From: Craspedostauros australis
Taxonomy: Eukaryota
NCBI GenBank assembly: GCA_030167865.1
Contig: JALAGF010001309.1
Location: forward strand, 62,001-114,278
Direction: 5' to 3'
DNA length: 52,278 bases
A program made the translations under genes and the position numbers. The notes under the pieces are model-generated. The model had not been told where the DNA came from and did not search any database. It saw only the letters and a list, made by a program, of their open reading frames with translations. Shown in pieces: positions 32,095-45,321 of the stretch. Each line of letters opens with the position of its first letter. Positions within the stretch are counted from its first letter, which is position 1.

Positions 32095-33906
32095 CTACTT
32101 GTTCTTATCGCCGTCAATCTCGTCGCCGATGACACCGCCGTTGACGCCACCGTTGACGCCACCGTTCATGTCACCGTTGGCACTACCATTGGCACTACCA
32201 TTGGCACTACCATTGGCACTACCGTTGACGTTGCTCCCATTCGAATTGCCATGACCCTTCGCGGACGGCATTTGAAAGTACCAATCGTTATCTCCATTCG
32301 AGGAGAATGATTTGATCAAGTCTTCATTTTCTGCCGCAGCAGCCTGCTTGGCTGCCTCTGCTTCTTTCCGCCTCCTCTCCTTCGTACTTTGCCGTTTGTC
32401 TTCGATGATGAGTGAATTCTTCCGAAATGTTCCAGCGAAGACGTTCGTGCCGTACAGCTTTTCAGGACGCATCGCAACGCCATTGACTTTGGACATGGCG
32501 GCTTCGACTTGATATCCAATCGCCTTCTTCACGCTCTTGAGCTCGTCGACGAACCGAGAGGCGCCCATGCACAAGGCACCAGCGTTGGTGCCCGCCATGC
32601 GGATCATGGTATCATCCGTCGCGACGATGAAGCTGCCCGTCAAGGCACCTGCGGTGACATTCTTCGCAGACGCGCAGCGGGCTTCGATGTACGAATCGGC
32701 TTCGACGGAAACTCCGGTGTAAACGACGCGAATACCATGCTTGGTCACGTCCTTGGAGGCCTGTCGATCGCCTGCCGTGATGGTGGCGGCACCGCGCGGA
32801 CCCGAGCCCAGAGGTCCCACCGTGGATCGTCCTGTCCCATCAAAGACGACCTCGATGCGCCATCCTTTGAGGGAGCGCAGATTTTCGAGATCGTCGATCA
32901 ACAGCTGACGTGCCCGGCGCAGATCTCCCTTGGTCATGTGCTTCTTCAATCGCGGCCATTTGTGAATGATATTGTAGCCATCCACGATGACGAGAGGCGA
33001 CGTGGAGTTGCGACTGAGGATGACATCCCAATTCGGATCCTGACCTTTGCGTCTTCGCTCTTCGGCCTTGAGCTCAATTTCCTCCTCATCCCACGTGCGA
33101 CGGTACTTTGTGCGCACGACCTTCTTCTGGCGAAAGCTCGCGCCGGAGTGCTTGGCAGCCTCCTTGTTCATTTGCGCGTACTGTATTTGACGTCGAATAG
33201 GGACGTTGATTTGGTTGGAAACGCGCAGCGGGGCATGCGCTGGCTGGGCTGGAGGCGCTGGTGCCGGCGCTGCGGCTGATTTCTTTTTGCGTTTCTTCTT
33301 GCCGTCACCTTTGCCCATCATGACGAGCCAGGAGGATCTGGTTGGCGAGGCTGCGTGCACACTTGCGCCGTAATGATCGTCATTGCCATGCCACATCGTA
33401 CAGTCCGCATTCATCACGCAACCTTCGATCGCCCTTGCTGATGGGATGAATGAAGACGAAGCGGACGAGAATGATATTGACGAAGCCACTGTAGCGCTCG
33501 CCGTCGCCAGCGTCGTTGCGAATGAAAAGTCGTGTCTTTGTTGTCCGCCGTGCCAACCCCCATAGTCTGCATTGTTGTGTCGATTGTGGTTGTACCTGTA
33601 ATTGTAGTTGTAACAACACTGCGCACTGTTTTGCTGCATTCCTAGCATGGGTGCTTGCGCTGATTTCCAAGCGCCTTCGAGTATGCCACTTCCAACATTC
33701 CCATACATTCGTACGGCTTCACAGAGTTGAGGTGCGCAAAGAACGCCCATCCAACATATCTGCCACAGCCAGATCAATCGTGATCTTCCAGTTGATCGCA
33801 ACGGAATGGGCCTCATCAGTTCTGTCGTCGCTGTTGCTGCTGTCGCGAACAGTGGTTGTGCCATTGGATGCTGGGCCGTGCTTGGAGCATCCCTTCGGCT
33901 CTCCAT
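32095..33906 (-). CDS. YacP/Rae1-like NYN-domain ribonuclease, probably organelle-targeted
   Basis: LVIVDGYNIIH, ARQLLIDDL, EVVFDG, VVYT....EADSYIE and IVATDD match the NYN_YacP family. Long N-terminal extension; start codon uncertain. Confidence 0.85.
   Translation of the reverse strand: MESRRDAPSTAQHPMAQPLFATAATATTELMRPIPLRSTGRSRLIWLWQICWMGVLCAPQLCEAVRMYGNVGSGILEGAWKSAQAPMLGMQQNSAQCCYNYNYRYNHNRHNNADYGGWHGGQQRHDFSFATTLATASATVASSISFSSASSSFIPSARAIEGCVMNADCTMWHGNDDHYGASVHAASPTRSSWLVMMGKGDGKKKRKKKSAAAPAPAPPAQPAHAPLRVSNQINVPIRRQIQYAQMNKEAAKHSGASFRQKKVVRTKYRRTWDEEEIELKAEERRRKGQDPNWDVILSRNSTSPLVIVDGYNIIHKWPRLKKHMTKGDLRRARQLLIDDLENLRSLKGWRIEVVFDGTGRSTVGPLGSGPRGAATITAGDRQASKDVTKHGIRVVYTGVSVEADSYIEARCASAKNVTAGALTGSFIVATDDTMIRMAGTNAGALCMGASRFVDELKSVKKAIGYQVEAAMSKVNGVAMRPEKLYGTNVFAGTFRKNSLIIEDKRQSTKERRRKEAEAAKQAAAAENEDLIKSFSSNGDNDWYFQMPSAKGHGNSNGSNVNGSANGSANGSANGSANGDMNGGVNGGVNGGVIGDEIDGDKNK
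32133..32230. repeat. 12-bp coding tandem repeat (GSAN/GGVN units) in the C-terminal tail of the NYN protein
   Basis: TTGGCACTACCA and CCGTTGACGCCA units read directly. Confidence 0.9.
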
Positions 33907-34194
33907 GTGCTGCTGCTGTTGCTGCTGCTGTTCTCGTTGCACGCTCAATTGATGTGTTGGTGGCTGTTGCCGTATTCTGCACGGTGGCGATGGAGCCTCG
34001 CGTTGCCGTCGCATCGTCACACATAGCCGTGCCTCCACCATCGTTCTCTTTCCAATGCCATGCAATTCTTTGCAATGGCTTTCCCTGCGAGGTGCTCGGA
34101 TGCTTCTCTTCTTCCCCATGTTCTTTGACGATGAATCTCCCATTTCCTATCACTCTGTTGTATAGCATGCTTGGGCGATCTTGAAACTGCACCT

Positions 34195-34200
<6 letters not shown>

Positions 34201-34228
<28 letters not shown>
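34201..34228. repeat. (TC)14 microsatellite
   Basis: Read directly. Confidence 0.95.
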
Positions 34229-34230
<2 letters not shown>

Positions 34231-36188
34231 GATAATGAGGTGTTCGAATGAGACTATGGTCGTCGCATGAGTGTGAGTATGAGTGTGAACACGAGTAAGA
34301 CCACGGCTGTGCTTCATCAATGAATCAGTCGGCGTCATGTGAACGGTCATCTCTGCTGCCGCCAGCGTCGTCTCTCTGCGGCCACACACGACATGTCATC
34401 ACTGCCAAAGGAATGCCTGCGTCAGGCAATTTCCGTCTGTCATGTTTCTAGTCGTGGATATATATCGAATTGGTCGCATGGGTCGAGTCATATCACGAAT
34501 TTGGTTCTCTGTCGACTCCATTGATCATTTCAATCATGAAATCGAAGCGTGATTGCTTTGTTCGCAAACAATCACGAATGAGTTGGCTCAGAGAACAACA
34601 CGACTGCAACCAAGACGTCCCAACTAACACGACCACAAAGTGTCAACCATGGTTTTGTGATAAAATGATCACGCCATTTTTGTGGGCTGTGCGTTGGGAT
34701 CCATCGGAGCGTGTTCATGTGGAGGCTGTTGCGGAAGTGTCCTTGTGCGTTTGGACCATGTCGGCGCTGACACCATCCTTCGCGTAGCGGTTGGGTCGGC
34801 GTGCAGTATTCCATGTCATCCGGAAGCGACTTGTGCCGCAGAAGTTTCTGAGCACTTCCGTGCACATGTTGCGTGGAGTCGGTGCGGATGGGATGGAATG
34901 CTATGTGGTGCGAAAGAATTTGGTTTTCGCGCTCAATCTGTGTGACTGGGCTGTGTGAACAAAGACGCGATGCCAAGTAGTCAGAAGCGGCATGGGTGGA
35001 GCCGGCGAATTCTCCTCGGACTCACCCACCAGTGAGCAAGCAAGAAATCGGAAGGGGAGAACATGGGATGGGGTGGGATGAACCAGTGTTGGCTTTGTAT
35101 CGTCTCAATCGCTCTGGTGCTTTTCCCCCACGCGAATCGCATGAGATGCAACATCACCAAGATTGGTGTTGTGGGAATCATTCCCGCTTGTTCTTGGGTG
35201 AACCTCTTTGTCCCTGGTCAAAACGATTTGACATCACGACCTCGCGCCCGCCATCAATTGAAGAAACTCGCTACCCCCAGCTCCCTTCCCATACAAACGG
35301 AACCCAGCCCGCTCACCATTTGCGAATGTACTGTGTGGCGCTTCGTGTCTAACTTGTGTCAAAGGAGCTGGTGATTTACACGAGGTATAGCGCTTCACAT
35401 CACTCACGTGTGGAGAGAAGCCATGCAAACGGAACCGTTTCAGAAGACCGCCCTCTCAGACCTGCTGTGATCAACTCTCAGCCATGATGCGTTGTGCCTC
35501 GATTGGTAGTGGAAGCACTCACGAAGTTTTCTGCCTCTTCCCTCTTGAGCCAAGCAGATCCAACGCGTTGGGGATGGGATGTCATCTTCGGATCGCTTCC
35601 TTTCGCTGTCGCCATGTGGGGCAGGTGTCATGTGGTGATTCTGTTTCCATGGTTTGAAAAAACAGAAAGAGAAACCGAAGATTCCGGCTAATGCGCGCTG
35701 TTCGCACCATACATCCAACCCCCCAGTTCCGCCAGTACCAAACGTACCGCTCGTTGTCTGTGGGACACCTCCCCCTCTTACCATCTGTACTCGTATCCTA
35801 CGCAGACCGGTTCTGGGCTGCACCATACATTCCACGAAGCGATTCACTGGTGAGCTTGAATGTGACTGCAGGCTGGCCGGTGGAGATCACCACGCCCCCG
35901 AGTTTGTCACCACCCGCAGTCTTGGTGTCAATCATGATCTCATAATCCAAAAGTCTGACACAGATCGAAAGGGCAACACCACAACTCTGTTGAAGACAAG
36001 ATCGCGAAGCTCCATTCGCAACAACCACAACAACACTCCAGCCAACAACTCACCAAACACACACACCCATCCTTGTCCACTGCCCTGGACCTTTCATCAC
36101 AACACAACACAACACAACACAGCACAATACAATACAATATATAACACAAGATCGAAGCTGCTGATAGCCAATCAAGGCAACGACGTCC

Positions 36189-39100
36189 ATGATGAACGAA
36201 GATCCCACCATGGCTGACCCCATGGCCGACCCCAATCCCGACACAGGTTCCGAAGAACGCTCTGTCGGCCCAGCCGCCTCCCAAGACATCGACAACGAAG
36301 CAGCGAAGATGGAACCCCAAGAATCCACACGCTCTCAATCCGAGTCCAAGTCCTCCAAGCTCTTCCGTCTCATGGCCCATCAGCCATGGCTCTTCCTCGC
36401 CTTCCTCCCCATTCTCTGGATCATCTTCTGCAGCATCGGCTGGACCAAGGGAGACAAGGTCGAAGACGAAGTCAATAAGATCTGGATCCAACAACGCTCG
36501 GAATACGCCAAGGACAAGGAGTACGCCGATTCCTTGGGTACGAACGATCTGGGCAGCACTGCATTCTTTGGATTAGCAGCAAGCCGCGATGGTGACAACA
36601 TGTTCACCGAAGATCGATTGAAGGAGTTGGTCGCACGCATGCAAAAGACGGAGGCCACAACGGTACGTTATCTATCCCTGCATCCATCTCGCGCTTTCTC
36701 TGCACATGAGTGTGTGCGCGCACGCACGCTTTGTCTGCGTTGCGCTGCTGTTCTTTGACTTGACATCGATCCATGCACACGCGCATCCTCTCTTTTGATG
36801 TCATGCATCGTGGAAGGGTGTCAACCGGGTGCGATGCCGTGCCATACTCTTTGAGGGAGTGGGATGCCGGCTGGTTCGCATGTGGTGGAAACATCCAAAA
36901 CTGCATTGCATGTCACGCAACAACACCAAACACGACTCCGAAAAGATTCGTTAGATGTCGGCTCTCCAAAGAACAACCAAGAAAGGCGTGGAAGATTGCT
37001 TCTGTGCCCCTTGATGCGTGGTGTGATGCCTCCCCATCGTTTCTCCACCTACTGCCCATCTCCATTCCATCATAGCCCTGCGTGATGGAGATGTGTGCGC
37101 TCCTCCCAAGCACTGCCGCCACTCAACGTCTTTCCATTTCTTTCTTTCCTTCAACGTCGGCTGTCGTTTTTTATTGTTGCATTTCTCCATCGGCATCCCA
37201 TTTCTCGTCGCTTGATGGCCCATGAACGCGCACCCACGCTATCGCTACACATGCGCACTCATATCTATAGATCGACTTCAAGGGGCACACCATCAGCTGG
37301 CAAGACGTCTGCTCGTCCAACAGCGTCGGACCAGGCACTGCCTACCAATTCCCATGCGCCCGCTTGACGCCAATCGACTTCTTTCAAGAGGCACGCTGGT
37401 TCTTCCGCGAGGTGGATCGTGTCACCTGGTACGAGGATGTGGTCCGCAAGGTGATCCTCAAGCCAAGACTTGAACGCTTCGGCATCTTGCAAGGCGTCTG
37501 CTCCAACGTTGTCAACACAGCGAGCACCCGCACGGATTGCAATCACGTCCTGCTTCTGCGCAGCTCCCCAGCATACGCGGTGCAAAATGGATACCCCGCC
37601 AGCTACGCCAACCCGCTCAATCTGTTTGGTGATATCGGTAATTTGGAGATGAATGACCAGTGCAAGATCTGCATCGAGACCGAGTTCGAAAATACCATCG
37701 ACCAGCTGGAAGCCGGCATTCGCGGGATGTACCAGATCACCGCGGCCGAATCCGGTCGCGCCATTCAAGACGCCACCGCCAACAACCCAAATGAGCCCGT
37801 TGACGCCGATCTGGCCCGCCTCTTCGAAAATGCCAAGGCCATCTCCCAGTCCCTCACCAGACAGGATGTCATCGACTACTTTGTCTACACCACCGTCCGT
37901 CGGCTGTACGCCGCCTTCGGCTCGTCCAGTCTCGTTTCCAGCTACAGCGGCCTCGCAACTGATGACTTCCTTGCCGTTTGCAACGCGGTGCTTGGCTCTG
38001 CAAACTGTGCCGCAAATATCACCGAGCAAGAGGCGCAAGCTCTTCTCCTCAATCACGCCGACCACGCCTTCTCGTCATGGAACAGCGGCGGTCTGCCATT
38101 CCCGTTCTGGAGCGAAGAGACGGCCGATAATCCTGCCGTCCTCTTTGGTGGTACAAGCCCCGTCTCCGGTTCCGGCGTGGACCTCTCCGGCAACCAATTG
38201 ACTACCATGCTGTATTTCGATGCTGCCAATTACAACCCCGCCGCCATCGGCGACACTTGGAACCCTCTCTACGCGGACGGCTCCGTCGTCATGGACATGA
38301 ACGATCCGAGCTTCATTGCTTCAGTGGAGACCGACCCCGCATACAAATGGTTCATCGCAAGCGTGACCTCAGCCGAAGACAAATGTAAGTTTGGTTGCTG
38401 CAAGCAGGCAAGCAAGCAACGAGTGACGGGATACACGAAAACACCTCGCTCCGAGCATGCGATTGCTTCCATCTCGCTGCTGCTGCTGCTGCTGCTCTTG
38501 TTCTTGCATCACACCGCATGCTTCATGCTCCTCCTCGCTCAAGTCCTATTAATGAGTTCCCAACATCATTCTGAATGCTCGTCTCCATCCGCTCTGGACG
38601 TTCCATTTCACTCACCCACATTCTTCACTTCATGTCTCCATCTCACATGGCGTACTCCCACAATCCCATTCCATACTCCGAATCCAATCAACTCGGCCAA
38701 CGTCAAATACTCTGATGCGGACGGCTCCTTCATATCTGTGCAGTCTGCGACAACAAGGATATCGGTGGATCGCAGCTGCCTCAACAGGTGCCAAATGCGG
38801 ACGCTATCAATGCACAGACCGCCGGGCTCATGCAGGCAGTTTCCCCACGCTGGTGCACCAAGTTCAGCCTGCCAAATGCCGACACTGTCGAAACCGATAC
38901 CACCGAGTACACCGTCCAGCACTTCGCGCGCATGTGGTACGATCTCGTGATCGATTCACCATCCTTCCTTGGATTGACACAGGGCACCTCCGATCCTTAC
39001 GTCTGGACCACGGGCCAAGGTTGTGGATATTCCTTGGGCGGCGAGAGAGCGTTCTTCACAGACGTGACCGACGACGATGTTTTGCTGCGCAACGCGTCAG

Positions 39101-42100
39101 GGCAGCTCTACTACATCGACGAAGGCAGCTCGTTGGGCCCAGTCGATCGCAACTTGTTGCTGGGTGGCACAGAACCAAGCACCTCCGAGTATTCTCCCGA
39201 GAACCCGCTCAAGACCGCAAGCGTGCTGAGCTCCATCTACGTCAAGCTTGTGCCAAGAGACATTGTCCAGCGAGTTGCCAACTGCAACCGTCCTGACGGT
39301 CCCATCGAGATCACCGAGGCCGAAGCGGAGGATATCCTCTACGACTACAAGAAGGCATTCGAAGAGAGCTGGACTGAAGACTGGGACGACAGCTCCGCAG
39401 GCGAAGTGAAGTTCGTCGGATTCCACGATGACCAAGGAGTCATCGGAACCACAGGACGATTGCTCAAGGACATCACGCTAGACAACGGCACCCTCGTCGC
39501 CATCTCCATCGTGCTTCTGGCTCTGTTCTCCGCCCTCTTCCTTCTGGATTGCGACCTGGTCGAATCCCGGATCCTGATCACGACCGTCGGCGTCGCCCTG
39601 GTCATCCTGGCATTTTTCGCTTCCGTGGGATTCGGTCTCATGTGCGGCATCAAGGTCAACATCACCATCGGGTGGACGCTGCCGTTCATCATGCTGGGTC
39701 TGGGAGTCGACGACATGTACATCGTCCTCATCGCACTTAAGAAGCAGGGTGGATACACCGAGGCCAACTTCTTGGCAGCCATGAAGGAAGTCCTGGTCCC
39801 CGTCAGCATGACCAGCATGGTCAACGCCGCCATGTTCGCCATCCTCAATATCTCCGACGTGCCCGCAGTGTACCTCACAGCCCGAGTCGCCCTCATCGCC
39901 GTCGTCTTCCTGTACCTCACCATCATCCTTTGCTTCCCAGCGTACTGCTGGTTGGACATGCAGCGCCAGGCCGCCAATCGGTACGATGTCGCGTGCTGCG
40001 TGAGAGCGTCCGCCGACGAAGAGCAAGACGAATATGGTGACGACGACGACAAGAAGGACGAAGACAAGGAAGGTGGTTCCAACGCTCGCGGTGAACATGC
40101 CGCAAACAAACGACCAGGCCATGTCTGGGCATCGTTCATCTACGACGACTTCTACAGACCTGTTCTCCTGGGCGAATCCGCTGCCATGCGGGCTTTCTCT
40201 CACACACTGGTTTGGGTGACAGCAGCCACGCTCATTGGCTTGGCCATCTGGGGAATCACTGAACGCGAAATCGGGTTGGGTCTCGAGGTATGTCATCGTA
40301 TGGTACTGCGCGCTTGCTGATGCTGCTGTGATCGTGATTGCCTGCCACTATCACCGCCACTGCCGATGGGCAGAGTGTTGGCAACAATCGAATTCATACC
40401 ACCACTAGCATCATCTCACCACGCCTTCCTTTGCTCCATCAACACTTAAAATCGTCACCACAACATTGGCCACGACCACGACGACGTCGATGATCAAACC
40501 TACCCGCCAACCATCCGTCGCCTTTTGTTGCCACCGACGACTTCAAAATCCAACCAATGCGATCCAAACACAGGATTTCTTCCCCGACGGCAACCAAGCC
40601 AAGGAATGGGCGACGATCCGCACTGCAGAGCTAGCCTCGTGGAGCGTGGGCATCAATTGGGGCGAACTGGATTACTCAAACATGGATGTCCAAATGCAGA
40701 TGGTGAAGCAGTTCGAAGATGTTGTGGAATCACCGCACGTTGCCCAGTTGGACACGGACATGCTGTGGATGGCCGACTTGCAGATCTGGGCCAGCCGCCA
40801 TTGCACCGACAACTTCGACCGGGAAGACACGCTGCAGAAGGAATGCGGCCGAGACCAAATCTACCCCAAGGACAACTCCAGCTGCTCCGCAACCTGGCTC
40901 CTCAACACCATCGGCAGACGCAACAAGCAATTCCCAGTCGGCGAACAGTGCGTCGTGTACAAGGGCGGCATCTGCAGACCAACCGAGTGGATGCACCCGG
41001 ATGATCTTATCGACATCGGCGAAACATACCAAGGCGACCAAGATACTCGCAGCTGGTGCCCTGTGCTCGACAACTGGGACGACGAGAAGATGCAGTTCTG
41101 CATTGGACGCTGGCGTGATCTGACCGGCGGCGGCGGCAAGCTCCTTCTGCACAACGACACTGGCACCCCGCGCCAATGCTCCGGAGAGTACCGCAACGAC
41201 GAGCTCGTCCAAATCCCGATCAAGTTCTCCCAAGGACCAAGCATGTTCGTCTTCGGCCTCAACTCCCATGACGACACTCTCGACCTGCTCGACGAAACGC
41301 GTGCTTTCTGCGATGACCATCCAGAGCTGCGATGCTGGATGACCGGTATCCCGTACGACTACTGGAGCCAGTACATTGGCATCTTTGGAATGTTGCTCGA
41401 GCTCGGTGCCGCAGCTGTGGGAATTGGCTTCGCGGTTTCCTTCCTCTTCCTTTTCCTCAAGCTCAGCCTGGAGGCAAATCATCCCAGGAACAAGATCATG
41501 TTTGGAAGCTTCGTCGGGGCGCTCCTCATCTCCGTCGTGACGTTGGCCAGCCTGGTCACCGTCAGTGGCTTGAGCTTCCTCTCGGATGTCTCCCTGACTG
41601 GCTTCTCCCAAATGTCCTTCGTCCTCAGCGTCGGCTTCGCGGTCGAGTACGCCGTCCACGTCGTGTCTCGCTGGCTGCGCTCCGATCTGTCCATCGAGGG
41701 TGGAATCGCGCGTGTCGAGTACACGATGAGCTTCCTCATGCTGCCAACATTCATGAGCTTCGTCTCCAGCGTCATCGGAATCTCATGCCTGGCCTTCACC
41801 GACTTCGAGTTCAACGAAGTGTTCTTCTTCCGTCCATTGATGATCGTCGTCATGGTCACCTACTTCTTCGGGTGCTGGTGGCTGCCCTGCATCCTCGCGT
41901 TGCTCGACTGTGACTCCCTTCGTTTGGGCCGTCGCCGCGGGGCTGCCGTCACTGCGGATGGTCCGCCAACCGCTTCCGAAGACGTTGCTGCCGCCAAGAC
42001 GAATCCAGACGCCGTCGACAACAACGACGACGAGATCCCATCAACCAAATACCTCAACAACGACAACTCGTCGTCCGAAGAGGATTTTGTGGATGGTGTT

Positions 42101-42115
42101 GCAAAGCAGTCATAG
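36189..42115 (+). CDS. Patched-like RND/sterol-sensing-domain membrane protein, 1557 aa; exons 36189-36662, 37271-38384, 38744-40287 and 40574-42115
   Basis: Three GT-AG introns (phases 0, 1, 0) give 4674 nt in frame. Motifs PCARLTPIDFFQE (cf. Patched PCLIITPLDCFWE), LPFIMLGLGVDDM, SMTSMVN, GLGLEDFFP, TGIPYDYWSQY and SVGFAVEYAVHV. Confidence 0.92.
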
Positions 42116-42606
42116 TCATCGCGAGGGAACAGCACAGCCCGGCAACAGCCAGTGGCAATAGCGCAGCAGCAACCCAGAAATACCAATCGTCGGGTGTTGA
42201 ACTATCGCAAACTCTCTATTTGCATTCCCCCTTCATGGTGGCCGCGCTTCGTTCTGCGGCCACATGCATGCTACATACACGCACGCGCTCTGACGAGTCG
42301 ATGATACCATAAATGTTGTAACGATCAAGTGAAAAAAGAAAAGTCAATGAAACGTGCTGTTGTGCAGAGTAGATCGGATAGAGTAGTGCGTGTGGTGACA
42401 CTTGATGCGTTTCCGCGTTCGCGCCCTTGCGACAGGAGATCTGGTTGGTGGATGGTGTACGACCTATGCATGAAACGACGCAGAAGACAGACAGCAAGCA
42501 GTCTTGCCCGCCATCCTAATACTCGTTCAGTAGTGAGAACCGATGATGAAACGCAGCGTACTATATGATGAATATGCAACACGAAGTATCATCATGTTAT
42601 CATATG

Positions 42607-44517
42607 CTACAGACAATGCGTAGCGTAGGGCGTTTTGAAGTCATGCATGTGGAACCACGCATTGGCACCGTACTTGATACCTTTCTCGACTGGAAGCGCC
42701 TGATGTGTGGTCCTCGGGTCTTCCAAGCCAGGAGCATCATTCATGACGCTTGGCCACAGGACTGCCCGCCCCCGTTTCGGAGTCACGGTGATGTTGAGCT
42801 TGTCAAAGTTGGTGCCACCGCCAGCCTCGACGTCATTGAGGTAGAGGTACAGGGTGAGAATTCGAGGGCCGCACTGGCGTTTCTGGTGATGCGAGATGTA
42901 GTCATGATGCACACGATAGAACTGAAAATCGAAGAATGTGCAAGAGCATCGGAGATACGTAGAATGTGAGAGAGATAGCGAAGGGTTGAAGATGTGGGAT
43001 GATGAAGTGAGAAGATGGATCTGGATGACGCACGTAACCAGCAGCTCTGCTTCTTCCTGTGCCATTGATTCGATGCACTGCCACCATGATCATGAGCACA
43101 GCAACAACGATGGAGCGCGACACAATCGTACCTGACCCTCTTCGTATCGCAGCAGCTGGAGGTGTTCGCTGTTCTCTTTCGGAATCCCTGTAATATTGGA
43201 TAGCTTCCGTAACACAGCCTGCGCCTTTTCATCTGACGAGCACTCTTCTCCGCACCAGGCGTTGGTGGATGTCCTTCCGGTGCTGACAATGGAATCGTAC
43301 GTTCCATCTGCTTTCTTTCTTCCAACATCTTCGCTCCTCTCGTAGCCTTCTCCGCCTCCCAGCGCGATAAGTCGTTCGGCCTCATCTGCGGACACCACAT
43401 TCTCCATGGTGATGACCCAGGGTCCATCGGTTGTCTCGGGCGAAGACAGGATCTCCATTGAAAATTCAGATTTGTAGGGCTCGGATGTCAGAAGCTGGAA
43501 CATGGCATCCAAATCGCCAGGTCGCCAGGCGTGTGGTGCGTCAGGATCCAGCGGGCATCGTCCTTCGACCGTCAAGGATTCGCATGAATTGCAGGCTGGA
43601 GCGCAATGCAATCTCATATCTGCATACTCATAATATGGAAGGAGAGAGAGAGAGTTGAAACACATGTTTGAGTAATGACGGTGGTGGTGATAAAGGAGAA
43701 GATTCGCAGGCGTTGCGTGCTGTCCATAATGTGTTGAACATCAATGACGGCACAGCGCAGACTCACATTTTGGATTGCTCTGGCATTCGCCCTGCACTGC
43801 CCACCATGAGCAACGGTCGTCGTGATTCTTGCATTTGTCTTCGATACCATCACCGATCACTTTGGGAACCACCTTGCGCATGTAATTTCGTGACTTCGCG
43901 ATGATGTATTCAATATCTTGCGCCGTGGTTCCATCTGGAACATCCAGCCTCTGTGGCACACCAACGTCCGCTCCCCTGCGCAGACTGGAACGACCGAGTT
44001 GCTTGTTACTGCAAATTCGACACGCCTTGCGACAGGATGTGAGCATGTAGTTTGGATTGGCCGTGCATTCCCCTTCCTCTGCCCAATCTGCGCATCGATC
44101 ATCCTCGTCGAGGCAACTTCCGTCGCGCAGCTCCGGTTCACAAACGTCGCAAGTCAAGCGGCACGTGCGATGCATGAACTTTGGGTTGATGAAGCACTCA
44201 CCCGATTCGCCCCATACCTCGCACATGTCATCTTCATCGAAGCAGGTCTCCACGAACGCTTGTTGGCGTTGGGCTTCCTTCTCTTCGTTGTGATCCTGCT
44301 CATCATCGCCGTCCTCGGTCATCTCGCTCTCCGCATGGTTGTCAGCAGCGGAGGGGACATGGGTGGTGGTTGTGGAATTTCCAACATCGTTCTGTTGATC
44401 GCAGTCCGCATTCATGCACAGGGATGTGAGATGAGGGTCATCATTGCTTTGCGCTCTCCACTTGGAGGATACAGCGATCAAAAGGCAGATCGTTAGCAAT
44501 CGTGAAGACTGTATCAT
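42607..44517 (-). CDS. Secreted/ER prolyl 4-hydroxylase with three N-terminal ShKT domains, 517 aa; exons 44517-43767, 43619-43132 and 42921-42607
   Basis: Signal peptide; three C-x-D/N..C..W...GEC..NP..M...C...C..C repeats; RTSTNAW, QLLRYEEGQ|FYRVHHDY, RILTLYLYLNDVEAGGGTNF and HQALPVEKGIKYGANAW. Introns 43620-43766 and 42922-43131 are canonical and keep the frame. Confidence 0.95.
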
Positions 44518-45321
44518 TTCTTCTCTGTGTGGAGTGGTACTATATCCCCTTGCGGAGAGTCGATCAAAGTGGATTTTTGGATCGGTTATTGCAGCTCCTC
44601 TCTTGCAGTCGACGGTAACGATGATGACGAGGATGATGATGGTGTGTTGTGATGGACTGATTGTGTTCGTGTTGTTGTCTGCTGATGTTTGGCGTTGCGC
44701 TTTGGTGCGTTGTCGTGCGTTGTGGTGCGTTGGTGGGAGCTTGATTTGGTTTGGTTTGCGTCAGCGAATGGCGCCTTTTGTCCGTCCGTTGTAACGGAAA
44801 ATAACGGCCATCTGGCCAGCGATTAGGAGATGTGCGTTCCAAATTCGACATGGAGAGATGGCGAAGTGTCATGAAGGCTATCCTAATTGTAGGTAGAATA
44901 GGCACGAATGGTACGAATAGGGTGGTACGAAGGCAGGTAGATGGAAGGATGGAGTGCGAGCGAGAGAGTGCGTTGCCCATGCTTACATTCGAGCAGCCCT
45001 GTTCTCGAGTGGCCAAGCCAAACAGTGAATATAGGCGTTGCGCTCTCGTGGAGAAACAAACCTCTCTCCAGAGAGGGAGGGCTGTTGATAACTGCGAGAA
45101 CGCAGGTAGAGAGCAGAGCAGGGAAGAGCATTCGAGTGTAAGGTTTCACATCGATCGCGAAGACAGCGACTGTGCAAGCGTCCAAAACAGGGTCCAATGG
45201 GGGGTAGGCTCGATTGGTTTGCATGCAGCACTGCCACAATCTCCGCATTCCTGATCCCATTCTCGTCGCATTGTTCCTGCAATCACAGTCCTGTCCACAG
45301 CGCTGCATTGGTCTCTCTCTG

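Noticed and set aside
38385-38950. Read-through extension of ORF 37364-38950
   Set aside because: It starts at a GTAAGT donor; splicing to 38744 restores the Patched frame, so the extension is intron plus wrong frame.
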